Assembly: GCA_002633005.1 (NCBI GenBank)
Contig: NMRA01000117.1
Coordinates: forward strand, 1-64,000
Length of the DNA: 64,000 bases
Reading direction: 5' to 3'
DNA from: Phoronis australis
Taxonomy: Eukaryota > Animalia > Phoronida
The translations under genes were made by a program, and so were the position numbers. The notes below the pieces were generated by a model. It worked only from the letters and a program-made list of their open reading frames with translations, was not told where the DNA came from and searched no databases. Shown here piece by piece: positions 40,764-53,803 of this stretch (positions within the stretch are counted from its first letter, which is position 1; the number at the start of each line of letters is the position of its first letter).

Positions 40764-42227
40764 ATGGATGGGATGAAACCTCTTGATCCTGAGAGTGGTT
40801 ATACCGAGATAGCTCGCTCTGACCCCGAGCTACTCAACAGCCAGTTGAGTGTGGAGTCAACTGCTAAAGATACTTACCGTGACTTTGCTTCGAAAAACAT
40901 CAATGTACACAAATCACTACATCACCGTAGTTACTCAAAACGTGTTCGTCGAAGATTGGTGTACAAAAACGGAGAGTGTAACATATCGAATGCCAACATT
41001 AAGAAATTAAAAAGGCGATTTCTTGCAGACATTTTTACAACTTTGGTTGACATTAAATGGCGATGGTCGTTGTTGTTGTTTGTTCTCGCTTTTGTTGTTA
41101 GCTGGCTATTCTTCGCGCTCATTTGGTGGTTAATTTGCTTTGCCCATGGCGACTTTGAACCAGCAAATCAGAACCAGGATTTCAAACCATGTGTTTTAGA
41201 AGTGGATGGATTCACTTCAGCCTTGCTGTTCAGCATTGAGACCCAGCACACCATAGGATATGGGTCACGCCAGACAACACCTGAGTGTCCCGAAGCTGTG
41301 CTTGTCATGATGGTACAGTCTTGCTTTGGGGTCATCATTCAGGCCCTCATGACTGGTCTAGTGTTTGCCAAACTGTCACGTCCAAAGAAACGTGCAGAGA
41401 CATTGATGTTTAGCAAGAACGCTGTCATTTGTCAACGGAACGGTACCTACGTGGTGCTGTTCAGAGTGGGTGACATGAGGAAATCGCATATAGTGGAGGC
41501 ACATGTACGTGGTCTCCTAGTGAAGAAAATGGCCACAAAAGAAGGAGAGGTAAACCCACTGGAATACACAGACATTGATATTGGCTTCAATGAAGGCAGA
41601 GATCGCCTCTTTCTAGTTTGGCCTTTAATCATTGAGCACAAGATTGACGAAGAAAGTCCATTCTGGGAGATGTCGTATGAAGACCTGCAGAGAGAGAATT
41701 TTGAACTGATTGTTATCTTGGAGGGAATAGTGGAGTCCACAGGGATGACCACGCAGGCACGGAGTTCATACCTGCCAGGTGAAATGCTGTGGGGTCACCA
41801 GTTTGAGCGTCTAGTGACATTCCAAAAGGATGATGGAGAATATCAAGTGGACTACTCACGTTTCCATTCGACACTTCCGGTCACCATGCCACCCTGCAGT
41901 GCTAAAGCATTCACACGCATGAAGGAATTTAGTAGTCAGCAAACATTAGACTCCAACTTCGAGGACCACCTGTTTGGTTCCCATGGTAACAATACACCAT
42001 CGTCCTCACCGTATGTACTAAAGAGGAACTTCTCCGTTCAAACAACCAAGTCACAGCAGCAAAACGGAAAAGTTTCTATGGGCAACGGTGATATACCAAA
42101 ACGTCTTTCCATCAAAAAGCCAAGTAATGATCAGAACGACGATGTTGGTTCTGATTCACCAACCAGTGGCTTTGGCAGTGGAACAGCCTTGAATAAAGGT
42201 AATGTTCTGGAGTGCATGCGCCTCTAA
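40764..42227 (+). CDS. Kir2: Inward-rectifier potassium channel (Kir2/KCNJ2-like, invertebrate Irk type), 487 aa, single coding exon
   Basis: Motifs RLVYKNGECN, DIFTTLVDIKWRW, the M1 helix, pore SIETQHTIGYG, M2, AKLSRPKKRAETLMFS, KSHIVEAHVR, ILEGIVESTGMTTQARSSY and VDYSRFH. Splice acceptor TTTCAG at 40721-40726 just upstream of the ATG. Confidence 0.97.
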   Translation: MDGMKPLDPESGYTEIARSDPELLNSQLSVESTAKDTYRDFASKNINVHKSLHHRSYSKRVRRRLVYKNGECNISNANIKKLKRRFLADIFTTLVDIKWRWSLLLFVLAFVVSWLFFALIWWLICFAHGDFEPANQNQDFKPCVLEVDGFTSALLFSIETQHTIGYGSRQTTPECPEAVLVMMVQSCFGVIIQALMTGLVFAKLSRPKKRAETLMFSKNAVICQRNGTYVVLFRVGDMRKSHIVEAHVRGLLVKKMATKEGEVNPLEYTDIDIGFNEGRDRLFLVWPLIIEHKIDEESPFWEMSYEDLQRENFELIVILEGIVESTGMTTQARSSYLPGEMLWGHQFERLVTFQKDDGEYQVDYSRFHSTLPVTMPPCSAKAFTRMKEFSSQQTLDSNFEDHLFGSHGNNTPSSSPYVLKRNFSVQTTKSQQQNGKVSMGNGDIPKRLSIKKPSNDQNDDVGSDSPTSGFGSGTALNKGNVLECMRL

Positions 42228-45200
42228 CAGGTATGTGTTGTACTATCTACGGTAAAATCTCACCAATTTTGGACAAATGTAATTGCTAAAGTTACTTTTT
42301 TCATTTTCAAAGACTCCTGACATTGTTCTGAATGCCCATTGTTTTACATATTGTTGTCTGGTGGTAGCTTTAGTATTGAACTTAAAATTGATGGACCATT
42401 TGTGTGGTGCTACTAATCTTTTGTGAAAAAAGTAGAAAGTAGAATTTCACTTCTTCATTGTATTGTGTCTTGTACTGGTGAGATTTTATCTTGACATTTG
42501 TTTCCACACGATAGCTTGTATTTACTTACACGATTGTCTTCCTGGAATGTGTTGTGCATTCTGACATTTGCAACCATGCACCAGCTTGCATGTACTTACA
42601 AGACTGAATGCCCACATTGTGTTCTGCTATCTTACAGTAGACCCATCCTGGATTGAACTCTCCTCTTTACAGAGGTAGAAAAAGGCATTGTATGAATGAC
42701 CTACTTTCCAGTGTGTTAGGCATTCCCAAGTTATTGATGGTCCAACACTGATTGTTTGGTATCGCCATTACGTCTTAATATGTACTACTATAAATTTGCC
42801 AGCATTGTAATGATGGATTACATAATGATTATGATACCAGACACTATTGACTAGTACATTGTGCTTGTGGAAAATCAGCGCAGGTGCTTGATACATGTGT
42901 TGCATTGTGGGTAAAAACCTTAGAATGAGACTGATGTTTTTCTCAAAGCTTGAAGGTCCTTGTCCTAACCAGTGTTTGCTTAGCTTGAAATAGACTGATA
43001 GTGAGTAAGGTAAATTAGGTGTGTCTAAAATCTTCAATACATTTTTGGGCCAGTCACCTTTTTCAACATTGAATTCCAAGCTTGGAAACCAATGTCTCTT
43101 GGCAACCATTACTGTGCCAGTTTGATTAAAATTGGTGGTCAGCCTCATAATTCAATATCGGAATAACTTGTTTTCTATTCTTATGGAACAATGATCAGGG
43201 TAAACAAATGGCATGACCTGCTTACAAGCCTGACCACATAGTTAGATGCACTTGAGTGTGTTAAGTAAGAATGTCTGACACATTGCCAGCAAGGTTATGC
43301 AAGTTGATTATAGGACTTTGAGGAAGGTAGCCCAAAAAAACTTGAATGAAATTGACCAAGGTTGAGTAATGTTGTCCAAACTTATACATTTTAGCTTGAT
43401 AATCTTGTCAGTGAGAAGTCAATCTCAATGCATTTGCTGTCTTCTCTGGTATCCCGTTGGCCGCAGGAAATATGTCTATTTTTGGCTAAATTTGGCTCAA
43501 AGGTATGCGGTCAAGTGCACCACCAATGGTCAATTTTCCTACGAAGAAATTCTTTTTGCGACTGAACAAATTTTGCTGAAACTTGATGTTATGGGTATGT
43601 GGTGAGAGTAGGTTTGCACCTGTCAGTTTTTTGTGACGGATTCAACTACCATGACATCCTGTGTTGGCTGTGTTTATTTTCAACTTGAAATTCCTTTTGT
43701 ATGGTTTGTCTATTATTAAGAAGGACTTTTGTCGAAATTTGACACAGAGTTATGTTGTCAGATTCCACTGCTACTAGTCAACTACCCTAGCATTATAGGA
43801 CTTCCCCTGTTGTCATTGTGACTCAAGTGATTTCGATGAAACTTGACTTGGTGATATATGGCAAAGGTATTAATGGCTGTTATATGCCAGCAACGGTTGA
43901 TTTTCTGGTTTGATATCAGAGTGGCCAAACTAGACTTAACTACATTCCATGGAACTAATAAAAACCATAAAATCATACTGTTAACTGTGTAGTCACGGGT
44001 ATATTTCAAAGGTTTGCACTTATTTTGTACAGTAACAATTTTTTTGCCTAAGTTTAAATATCCATTTCGCCCTGTTTAGCTAGATAAAAACAAAACAAAA
44101 ATCTTATTAGTCCTTTTTCTCTCTTGAAATTTGTCACATAATATTCCCTGTTGTGCTGGGATTCTGTTCGTAACAGAAATAGAATCCAATCACAGTAAGG
44201 AATATTGTGATACCGATTTTATGAAAGTAAAAAGGCTTAATTAGATTTTTGTTTTTTACCCAACTAAACTGGAGAATCTACACAGCAGTAGGTATGGTAT
44301 ATATTTCACTAAGTCTAAACATATCAAGTGCTTGCTGTTCAGGTCCTGTTTGCTTGTGAAAGCACAGTACCATCTGGGCTCAACAAAACAAGGTACCCCT
44401 ACATACCAAACCCAATGTGGTTGGGTCAAGCGTGGGACAGCCATAAAGGTTCTCGCCACAGTGGTGAACTTTTTGTTTTCTTGAGTGGCTGTGATAAGAT
44501 TGAAGCAGGTCATACGTCATTCATGTCAGCAAAGCAGCAAAGAAAAGGCTTTCAATACAATTTGGTGTTTTAAATCAGAATGTTGTTATTGGGTTGTTAT
44601 TAAAGTAAACATGAGATTACATTTTGGCTGTGGTGATACATATGGTAAATTGTTTATGGACTAAGATAATCATATCAGTTTGAAAACTAGTTCAGAAATA
44701 TTTTCCATGCTTTGTTTACGTTCACTATTTTTAGTTGCCATGATGGTCTTTATCACATTAATTAAATGGTAGTATCAGCTGAAAGATTTGATGTCTAAAT
44801 TGATGTTGGTTTCTGCTACATGGATATTTTAGTGCCAAAGCTCTTAGCTACGTTTTTCTGTAACTGCGCCACCAGGACATTTTTCAGAATTAGCGCTCTC
44901 CACAATCACATTTTCTGCCTGATGTTACTACCCAGCTTCATCCCAGATGCCAAAAAATGCACTCACCTTCATGGTTAATATGAAATTTCCACATTTTTAG
45001 TGATTTAGGTAATCCTTATAAGGGCATTTTTTCCGTGTTTTGTGAAACTGTCCAGAGTTAAAAAATTTATGCTATTGCTACCATGCTTTTGGGATTTTGG
45101 GTTTGTTGACATATCCGTCAATTGCTGTTTGAGGGAGCCTGCTCTGACACTGTAGGTCATGTGATCCATCCATCGCTACTTTTGCACTCATTACAGCCCT

Positions 45201-47679
45201 GTTCTACAATAGCTTTTTTACCAACCAGGTATGCAGGTATAGACCCATATGCTCCTAAAGTGCCGTTTGCACTACAAAAGTTGACACGGATCAGCTAACA
45301 AGGAACGACATGTTCCAGCGCAAGTATGTGTGTAAACGGGACTGACACAGAGCAAATTGACACCTCGGTGACAACAATTGCCACCCGTTTGTGAGGTAGA
45401 GCAATTTGCGCTCGATCATCTTGCTCCGTGTCAATTATATGTCTAAACGTGGAAAGGATCATCTCTACTGCACAAGTGCAATGACCTACATACGGGTTCT
45501 CTGTCTTTGCAGCTCCAGCTATTTGAAAACCTGTGCATGTGCGTTTCACTCTCCAGCCTACAACTTCTGTCTTGCCGCAGTTGTGTGTGTAAACGGCTGC
45601 TTGACACCGATCAATTTGCTCCTTGTCAGTTGCAACTGGCCAAAAGTTGATATTTAAACGGGACCTATGTGAAGCTTCCTCTATTCAGAATGCGGAGCAT
45701 GGGCCATCACAATGTGAATGACTTGAGTTCAACCCACAAGTCACTTGTTATGCATTCACATGTGCATATGTGCTCCTATTTGGTTAGCATCTCTATCTAG
45801 CATACAAGTTGCTTTATCTCCAAACCATGACAGTTGGCAGATGTAATCCTATGAAGCTGTCAACTGATGGTGATGACTTTTTCGGATCCAGTTCTGTGCT
45901 TCCCGCTCTGGCAATTTTAGCCTCTTACATTTGCCTCTGTGTCTTCAGAGTTTAGGAATGGATTTTCATGAAATTTGACTGATAGGTTTCTATTATTGAG
46001 GCTACAAGGCGTTTTTAATTTCAAACAGATTTGATCTATTCTGTGTCATCTAGTGGCCATTTTATTATATACGAGTCTGCTTTGGCATTTATTAAGGAGA
46101 AACACTGTTCTATTTTTAGATAGAGTAGACATACTCAGCACCACCTAAATGGTCTTTTTATTATTTTCAAGTCAGCCTCTGTATCCACCAAACCATTCAA
46201 AGAATCATCAAGAAAACTAGGCAGATGTGTTCCTTCTAAAAAGAGGACAGTTGACATTGATATTCGAAAGGATCTGTGGTACCCCCAAGAGGCGATGTTG
46301 TTTTTCACATCCCTAGCTGTATCTTCTAAATCCTTGAAGGATCTTTGTGAAATTAGCAAATAGATATGAATGTGACAGTATCGGGCAGATCCAACTACTG
46401 CTGTGCCTACTGGTGGCAGTCTCTTTTTTCATATTTGCTCCTGTATCTTCAGAGTTCCTGTGTGGGTTTGCATGAAATATTACAAGTAGGCTTCTGTTAG
46501 GGAGATGGTGACACCTGTCCCATTTTTGGAGGGATTCAGTGCTTTCTGTGCCACTCAATCCCCATTTTTATACTTAGTAATAAACTACTAAAGAAGTAGA
46601 TCATTGTTCATTACTCATATTAGAAATGATTTCCACCAAAGCAGTGTGACTTTAAAGGGAATCCCATGCACTTGGTGGCAGCAATAGTTTTTGTTGGTTT
46701 TGGGCTTGAAAGACCACGTCCACACTGCTCTACCTCTATGTTCCACAGTGTGAACAGAACCTGAAAATGTGAAGAGTACAATATACTGGGCCAAAGTCTT
46801 CAAAAATATTGCAATAACACTGATTTCGAAGTGAATTTTTCATCTTTTATGATAACCATAAGCTCAGCCGGCTTCTTAAAACGAGCAAAAATATGCCAAA
46901 ATTTTTCACCTCGAAGCCACCATTTGCATGCAATCACTATGAAGTGAGAGACAGTGCATTTAGACTTCCAAAACACTACGCTGACCAGACAGATTTTTAC
47001 AGCCTGAAATGTCAGAAGGTTCAAGGGTATCTGAGTTTCCTGATAAATTTGAACTTCCTGTTTGCACTTTGTAAATCAGAAAAGTCATGACTGTGCAATA
47101 AAATTGGGTCAAAGGGTCAACTAATGTCATTCCTTCAATTGGAACATGCTAAATGCCATTTGCAGCCTTCACCTGCATAACAAGCTGAAAATCCTTAGTC
47201 GGCACCCTATGCCCATATTTTGATAACCACATTTCTCCACTGAATAACTGGCATTCATATGGTTCCCATAATGTGGGCTTGTTATATCCAACTATTGTCT
47301 CAACCTCATCAGCCCTGCAGATGCCAATTTTTAATGAAATTGGGGAATGTAAATTCAACCACGGCTCAAAAAACATTGAGTGCCGCCACCTTATATTACA
47401 ACCTGTTTCAGTAAGCAAAAAAGATAATATAATACAATAGCTTTGTTTTTGTCACTAGAACTTTGTTATCTGTTATTCAAATCCTCTTGTGTCAAAAATG
47501 TTGTGCCACAATTTGGCAGCATGATGTTTGCTTGCCTGTGTAGATATCTGTTGTAATGTCCTTGGGTAGTCTTTAAAAACTTTGATTTACAGCAAATCAA
47601 GGTTAACACCTCAAAAAAAATGACCAAATTTGGCAAACATCGGAACATCATATGTCTGACATTGCAGATTCATATCAAA

Positions 47680-48167
47680 CTTTCTGATAGGATGCTTTAC
47701 GCACTACTTTCAGATAGAATGCTTTACGCACTACTTTCAGATAGGATGCTTTGCGCACTACTTTCAGATAGGATGCTTTACGCACTACTTTCAGATAGGA
47801 TGCTTTACACACTACTTTCAGATAGAATGCTTTACGCACTACTTTCAGATAGAATGCTTTGTGCACTACTTTCAGATAGGATGCTTTACACACTACTTTC
47901 AGATAGGATGCTTTACGCACTACTTTCAGATAGGATGCTTTACGCACTACTTTCAGATAGAATGCTTTGTGCACTACTTTCAGATAGGATGCTTTACGCA
48001 CTACTTTCAGATAGGATGCTTTACGCACTACTTTCAGATAGAATGCTTTGTGCACTACTTTCAGATAGAATGCTTTACGCACTACTTTCAGATAGAATGC
48101 TTTACGCACTATTTTCAGATAGAATGCTTTGTACACTACTTTCAGATAGGATGCTTTACTCACTACT
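47680..48167. repeat. Minisatellite, 27-bp unit x about 18
   Basis: CTTTCAGATAG(G/A)ATGCTTT(A/G)(C/T)(G/A)CACTA in tandem. Confidence 0.97.
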
Positions 48168-48564
48168 CCCATAAACGCTGTCAGGAATTAATTTTAAAAT
48201 TCTCCTATTTTGCATGAGGGTATATAAAAATAGGGCTTTCATGATATTCATTAAGAAAACAAAAGTTGCGTAAAACGGAAACAAAAGTACAATTTAGAAA
48301 ACTGTAACAGCGATTTTGAAATTTCATCTTGAACATTTATACCACACAAAATTTTGTCATGTTATTGATATTTTTGTTTGCTGTCTACGTACCTGTCTTT
48401 TTGCTAAATTTCGCTAAAAATACACAGTCAAGTGACCCTATTTGTAGCATATTGGTATAAAGTCAGAAATTCTACCGGCTTTCTACTTTCAAAAAAAACA
48501 GTCCTTTTAGTGAGTTAGAAATCTATAGTTTTGTGTATGTTTTGCTAAATACACCTACAAGTTG

Positions 48565-48636
48565 ATAAAGTCCTACATAACATTAAACATAAAGTCCTAC
48601 ATAACATTAAACATAAAGTCCTACATAACATTAAAC
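48565..48636. repeat. 24-bp tandem repeat x3
   Basis: ATAAAGTCCTACATAACATTAAAC x3. Confidence 0.95.
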
Positions 48637-49905
48637 GTCCCTGTTACCAGAGCAATTCTGGAGACATAACATGCACCTAGAACACCCTTTGTTTGTGTTC
48701 TATTAACCTTTTCTGACCCAAGTCAGAGTAAACCTGACATCTGATACATCTTCTCATCAAACAACTGTATTTCCAATGTTTTTAACAATTCATTTGAGCT
48801 ACGAGTATATGTCTGTGTACAATTCTAAGATCTTCGCGGGAGTCTTTTATGTAGTATGTAGTTTGAGATGGGTTGTAGATAAAAATTGGGTTTATGTTTT
48901 GTCAAGGTTTGTTTACTTGATAACACTATCATACTCCCTTCATATTAGTTAACATTTTGGTAATGAAATGGTACAGATGATAAGAACCTTTCACCATGAC
49001 GTTAAAACAACTACATCTGGCAGAAAAGTAGAGTATTTTATCAAACTTATTCTATGAAATGTGATATGGTAGGGAAATTTACATCACCGTTGTCATGGTT
49101 TTCATTTGTACATATCCCTTAAAAGTAACAGATAGTAAAATGATGGATCATTTGAGATTAAACCTTTGGAAAGGTAAAAAATTATAATTATGGCCCGGTT
49201 GGTGCAAACATGGGGACACTTTCTAATTCTGTTTCCCAATCTACTGTTTAGTTCTATTGTTGGAGTTGTTGGGAAATACTAATGTTCTCAGGTAAATTTA
49301 CTTCTAACACAAATCATGTGTACATTAACCACCCACGTTCAGTCATGGGCTATGGTGTATCGTTCACCAATGATCCTCTGTTTCTGGGTTTCAGACTATG
49401 GCATGCCTTGATTGCTGCCTGCATCACTGTAGATCAACTGCTGGTGTGATGGAGATAACAGATACAAGAGTATTCACCGCCACTGAACTCCTGCCATGCT
49501 GTCTCGCCTCTATATGGTCACATGGGAATTATTAGGGCATACTTTTCTCACGCCTTACCACGTCAAATCTGCGGGCTTTGACCCAACACTGAAATGCTGT
49601 TTTCTTGAGATGCTACCGTACTCTGCTGTTACTGTTACAGTTCCTAGCACAATGTTGGGTGTGATTCAGGTTATATAGTCACATGTAAATGATAATGGAG
49701 ACTAAATTACCAGTGTTGAGTTTCCTGTGGAGGTGATTCAAACTGCACACATTGGTTAGTTAAACTATTATTTGGTCCATTGTGTAATTGTGCAAAACGA
49801 AGAAGGCTAACTTATTGATCAATAAATATAGCTTTGAAATGGATTTTTGACTAACCCAATGGTTCTGAAATATGGTGCTGTGCATGACTTTGGATGTTGT
49901 AATAT

Positions 49906-50105
49906 CAGGGCTTGGAATTTTCCTCTTTTAGGAGGATTTCCTCTTTTTTGGTTTTGGTTACCTCTTATTTGATTTCTAGTCTCCTCTTTTTCGTCTCTTT
50001 TTAGCATCACTTTGACTGTAACCATGCAAAAACCTATTTATTTGTGGAACGATACATCACCAGGAAAAGTTTCCGCTTTTTTGTTATTGGTCATTCCAAG
50101 CCCTG
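49906..50105. mobile_element. hAT-like MITE with near-perfect 6-bp TSD
   Basis: Perfect 13-bp TIR CAGGGCTTGGAAT / ATTCCAAGCCCTG, flanked by TAATAT / TAATAC. Confidence 0.8.
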
Positions 50106-52193
50106 TAATACTTACTACATATTGCTAGTAAGCACTTCTAGCTGCCCAAGTAGAGCTTGGCAACTGATTGCACATTAAGCATTTTTAAATGACCAAATTG
50201 AGAGTTTAAAAGGTGAAGTTGATTGTAGTATTGCCTTTTGACAAAAGATGTGTCAGTCTCATTGAAATGGATGGGCTTTTGCCAGTTTATTTAAATGGTA
50301 CATCTGAGTGAAGGTTCTCTCTTGGCTACATTTTCCAGGATTTTTGGAAGAGTCATTTGGATAGTTTAGGGCAATACGGTAAAATCTCACCACTTTAGGA
50401 CATAATATTGCCGATAAGTGAAATTTTATTATTTTTTTGTGAAACACAGGCAGCACAAAATTCAATTTTTTGAAAAATTTTGGGCATTCCCATTGTTAGA
50501 AACCCTTGAAATATGAAAAATGACACTTTTAGTAATTATTTTTGTGTGAAAGTAGTGAGACTTTACCACAGTTGTTTATAGGGATCCCGCTTTATGAGAT
50601 TCAGTTATCTCCCTTGAATAATGAGCATCAAACTGGTTCTCAGAATCGGGAACCCTGACAGGGACTATTTCACAAGGAGTACATTTCTGGGGATTTGTGT
50701 TGTGTAACCGTTGGGTTCCTGGTTCCTGGAAAGTGACTGATGTCAGAAATTTGGTCTTACACTCCATACAATTATTTCTGAAAAATAATTGAATTTCACT
50801 TGAGTAAAAGTACAAAATATCTGAGAATATGTCTGTAACTGTTAGTTACTGACAAAATTTCTACAAATTATTTCCAGGCAGTGATGTTAGAAATTCCATG
50901 ACTAAACCTTTATTTGGTGAAGTGGGAGTGTATGACCAAATTACTGACTGAAGCCCCGAGTCACTTTTCATGAAACAGGCGTCTGCTTAATTTTTATGAA
51001 GCCTTTACTTCTTCAACTCATGACTTTACCAATGTTTTTGTGTTTCCGAAATTTTGATGGCTTGACATCATTTTAATATCCATGTTTTGGTCCTGTCACT
51101 GTGTATTTTTTATATTATATGAAAGTTTCATGTAGCTGAACAGTGGTGGTGTTTTGTAATCTTACCGTGACGCTTGTGACAATCAAATGCCCATTGTTAT
51201 TATCATGTCACTTACTATTAATCATTATTTCACTGTTCATGATTTTCTATGTCACAAATGTCATGGAATCACTGCTTCTTGTGTGATTCTGAACTGTGTG
51301 GAGTGGGAGAATTTGTTGAAAGTAGTTACCGTTAGCAGTTGTTTTATGATACCATCATTCGTAGATAAAAATGAGTGCACTGGTAACCATCATTGACTAT
51401 TGCATTGTGGGATTTATACAGTTGAGATGATTATACTATTAAAAGATTGAGAGAATGTATAGTATATTTCTTTTTATTTGGTAATTCTTTTATCATACCT
51501 TTATATTAGAATTTTTTATCATGGATTTTGATATCAAGGTTTTCACTGTTTATCCACAAAATCATTGTTAAATGATGTGTACACAGTGGTTGTATGTTGG
51601 TGCTGTTCGGCCTCATTCAAGCAGCCAGTCATGGCTTTAGCCAAAAGAAAGTTCCGTCACTTTCCCATTAGCAAAACTGGTGTACCCAGACTCATCCAAG
51701 CCCTCCTTTCCTTTCCCACTAACCAGTGACATTGGATTTACGACTAGCTCTCTGGACGGAACACCAGATGGTGTAGTTGTTTTGCGCTCTCCTTTAAAGT
51801 ACATGTGTTGCTTGTGGTGACGTCTTGGGATTGCTGCCCTGGGAGTGGAGTTAAACTTTCCCAATGCAGAGAAGTTGCGCAACTGCAGGGTTTTATCAAC
51901 CTATTTTGAGAGGAGTTGCCATGGCTGTTTATGTTGGGGAGTTATGCTTTGGCAATGAGCTGAAGTGTTGACAGAAAAGCGATATTAGTTAGTCATTCTG
52001 AAATACTGTTGAAGTAAAGTGTACACATTTTGAGTCATTACCTATTGTAGGGGTGTTGTGTTTGTGGGAGAAGTGAAACATAATGAAGAAAGATGGAGCT
52101 TGTTTTTAAGAGGGCTGTTTTGATTTGAAGGTTGTTTTGTGTTGTGAATATTGATCACTTGCTCTCCTTATTTTGTCCATTCATAAAGGCAAA

Positions 52194-52199
52194 AATAAA
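52194..52199 (+). promoter_or_regulatory. Candidate distal polyadenylation signal of the Kir transcript
   Basis: AATAAA followed by a GT-rich tract, at the end of the CpG-poor domain. Confidence 0.3.
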
Positions 52200-53057
52200 C
52201 TTGTTTGGTATAATAGTTCTTCGTGTTGAGTTTATTATAAGGCGATAGTAAGCGCCGCTCAATTGAGGCAAGTCTAAAATATCGCCGACTTGGAGAAAGT
52301 AGAGCTAACAAGGAATTTATACAAGCTCGCCATCTTTTGGTGATGACTGGAAGATATCACCAAATTGTTCTGCCCCTTTCGTGCGCAACTGGGACAGTCG
52401 ACATCTTTGGATGTTTCGCTACAAGCGGATGCTAATGCAACAAGGGTTTCTCGCTGCAGTGTCACGCTGTGGTTACTGGGCATCTTTGTTTCGCTCCGTG
52501 ACTGTAACTCTGAAGTAGTTTCTTGGCTCTGCAAATGGAATTCCGCCTCGAGACGCACGCGCCTGAATTATCCTACTTAGCTTTCAGGCTGACTGGCCAC
52601 CTGTTCGTTAATGGGATACAGTTGTTATGGTACCTTTGATTATAAGTGAAAAATTATGCACAGGTGCCTTCCTTGTTAAAATGTCCTCTTGAGGCGTGAC
52701 AGGCATGGGTTACCTGGGCAATAATCTTGCCAGAAGCGCTGCCGTGTGACACTGTGACCTAAGGAAACGAAGCCGGAATGCTTCCCTTCAGTTCGACAAC
52801 TGAGCATACGTACGGCCAAATCTTTCATTTATTGAAACATTTAGTTCTTGGTCTGAGGCCAGTCTTAGCATTCGTTGTCTACTGGGCCGAAAAAATAGGC
52901 ACTTGGGCGGATGCTTGGTAAACGGCCTTCCAAAAATTTTATATGAAATCGAATAAAGCGCCGGTGCGTATTTTTGGAAAGGGGGTCGAACATTTTGTAA
53001 TACAGCTTTAATGCAAATAATTGTTATTATTCACTTTAAAGTTGTTTTAAAGTAAAA

Positions 53058-53803
53058 GTGAACACCACTTGTATTGTTTTTAGATGGACTTTTGTTTTGT
53101 TCAAGAATCGATCATTAACGTACACAAGAAACAATTTTGTGCATAATCAAATGAAATAGTCTAAAAGCTGTGAAAGTTTTTAAAATAAAAACGTTTTTTA
53201 TTGTATGTACTTTCTATTTTACTAGTAAGAATTTATTCGTCCGTACTTCGGGTTCAACAAACAGTGCGTTAAACAGGGCCCATGCTGTTAGTACCGACAA
53301 TATAGCCCAATATCTCATCAGCGTCATTTGAGTGAACACCACTTGTTTAAACGTGTATTGTTTTTAGATGGACTTTGTTTTGTTCAAGAATCGATCATTA
53401 ACGTACTCAAGAAACAATTTTGCGCATAATCAAATGAAACAGTCTAAAAGCTGTGAAAGTTTTTTTTTTAAATAACACGCTTTTTATTGCATGTACTTTC
53501 TATTTTACTGGTAAGAATTTATTCGTCCGTACTTACTTCGCGTTCAACAAACAGTGCGTTAAACAGGGCCCATGCTGTTAGTACTAACAATATCGCCCAA
53601 TATCTCATCAGTGTCATTTGAGTGAAAACTGACGCGATTGCAACGAGACAAAATTCCACTAAAAAGGCAGGAACTACCGAAATTCGGCGAATGCACAATT
53701 CATATCTCTGAACGTACCCCGATTTTAGTAAAAGGCCCACATTCTCAAATATTCGAGCCCCCCCCNCCCCCCCCACTCTAATTTTAGGCTGGGTGCGCCC
53801 ATG
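53058..53803. mobile_element. About 280-bp tandem duplication (53058-53626) followed by the right half of the 9990-12159 MITE family
   Basis: Two diverged copies start GTGAACACCACTTGT. 53640-53803 aligns to 10075-10188 joined to 12091-12159 and ends GGTGCGCCCATG. Confidence 0.75.

Noticed and set aside
47620-48217. 184-, 165- and 118-aa ORFs as proteins
   Set aside because: They are by-products of a 27-bp stop-free minisatellite.
51600-51940. Possible RTE-type LINE 5' end with an HDV-like ribozyme (minus strand)
   Set aside because: Only vague motif similarity. I could not build the nested double pseudoknot.
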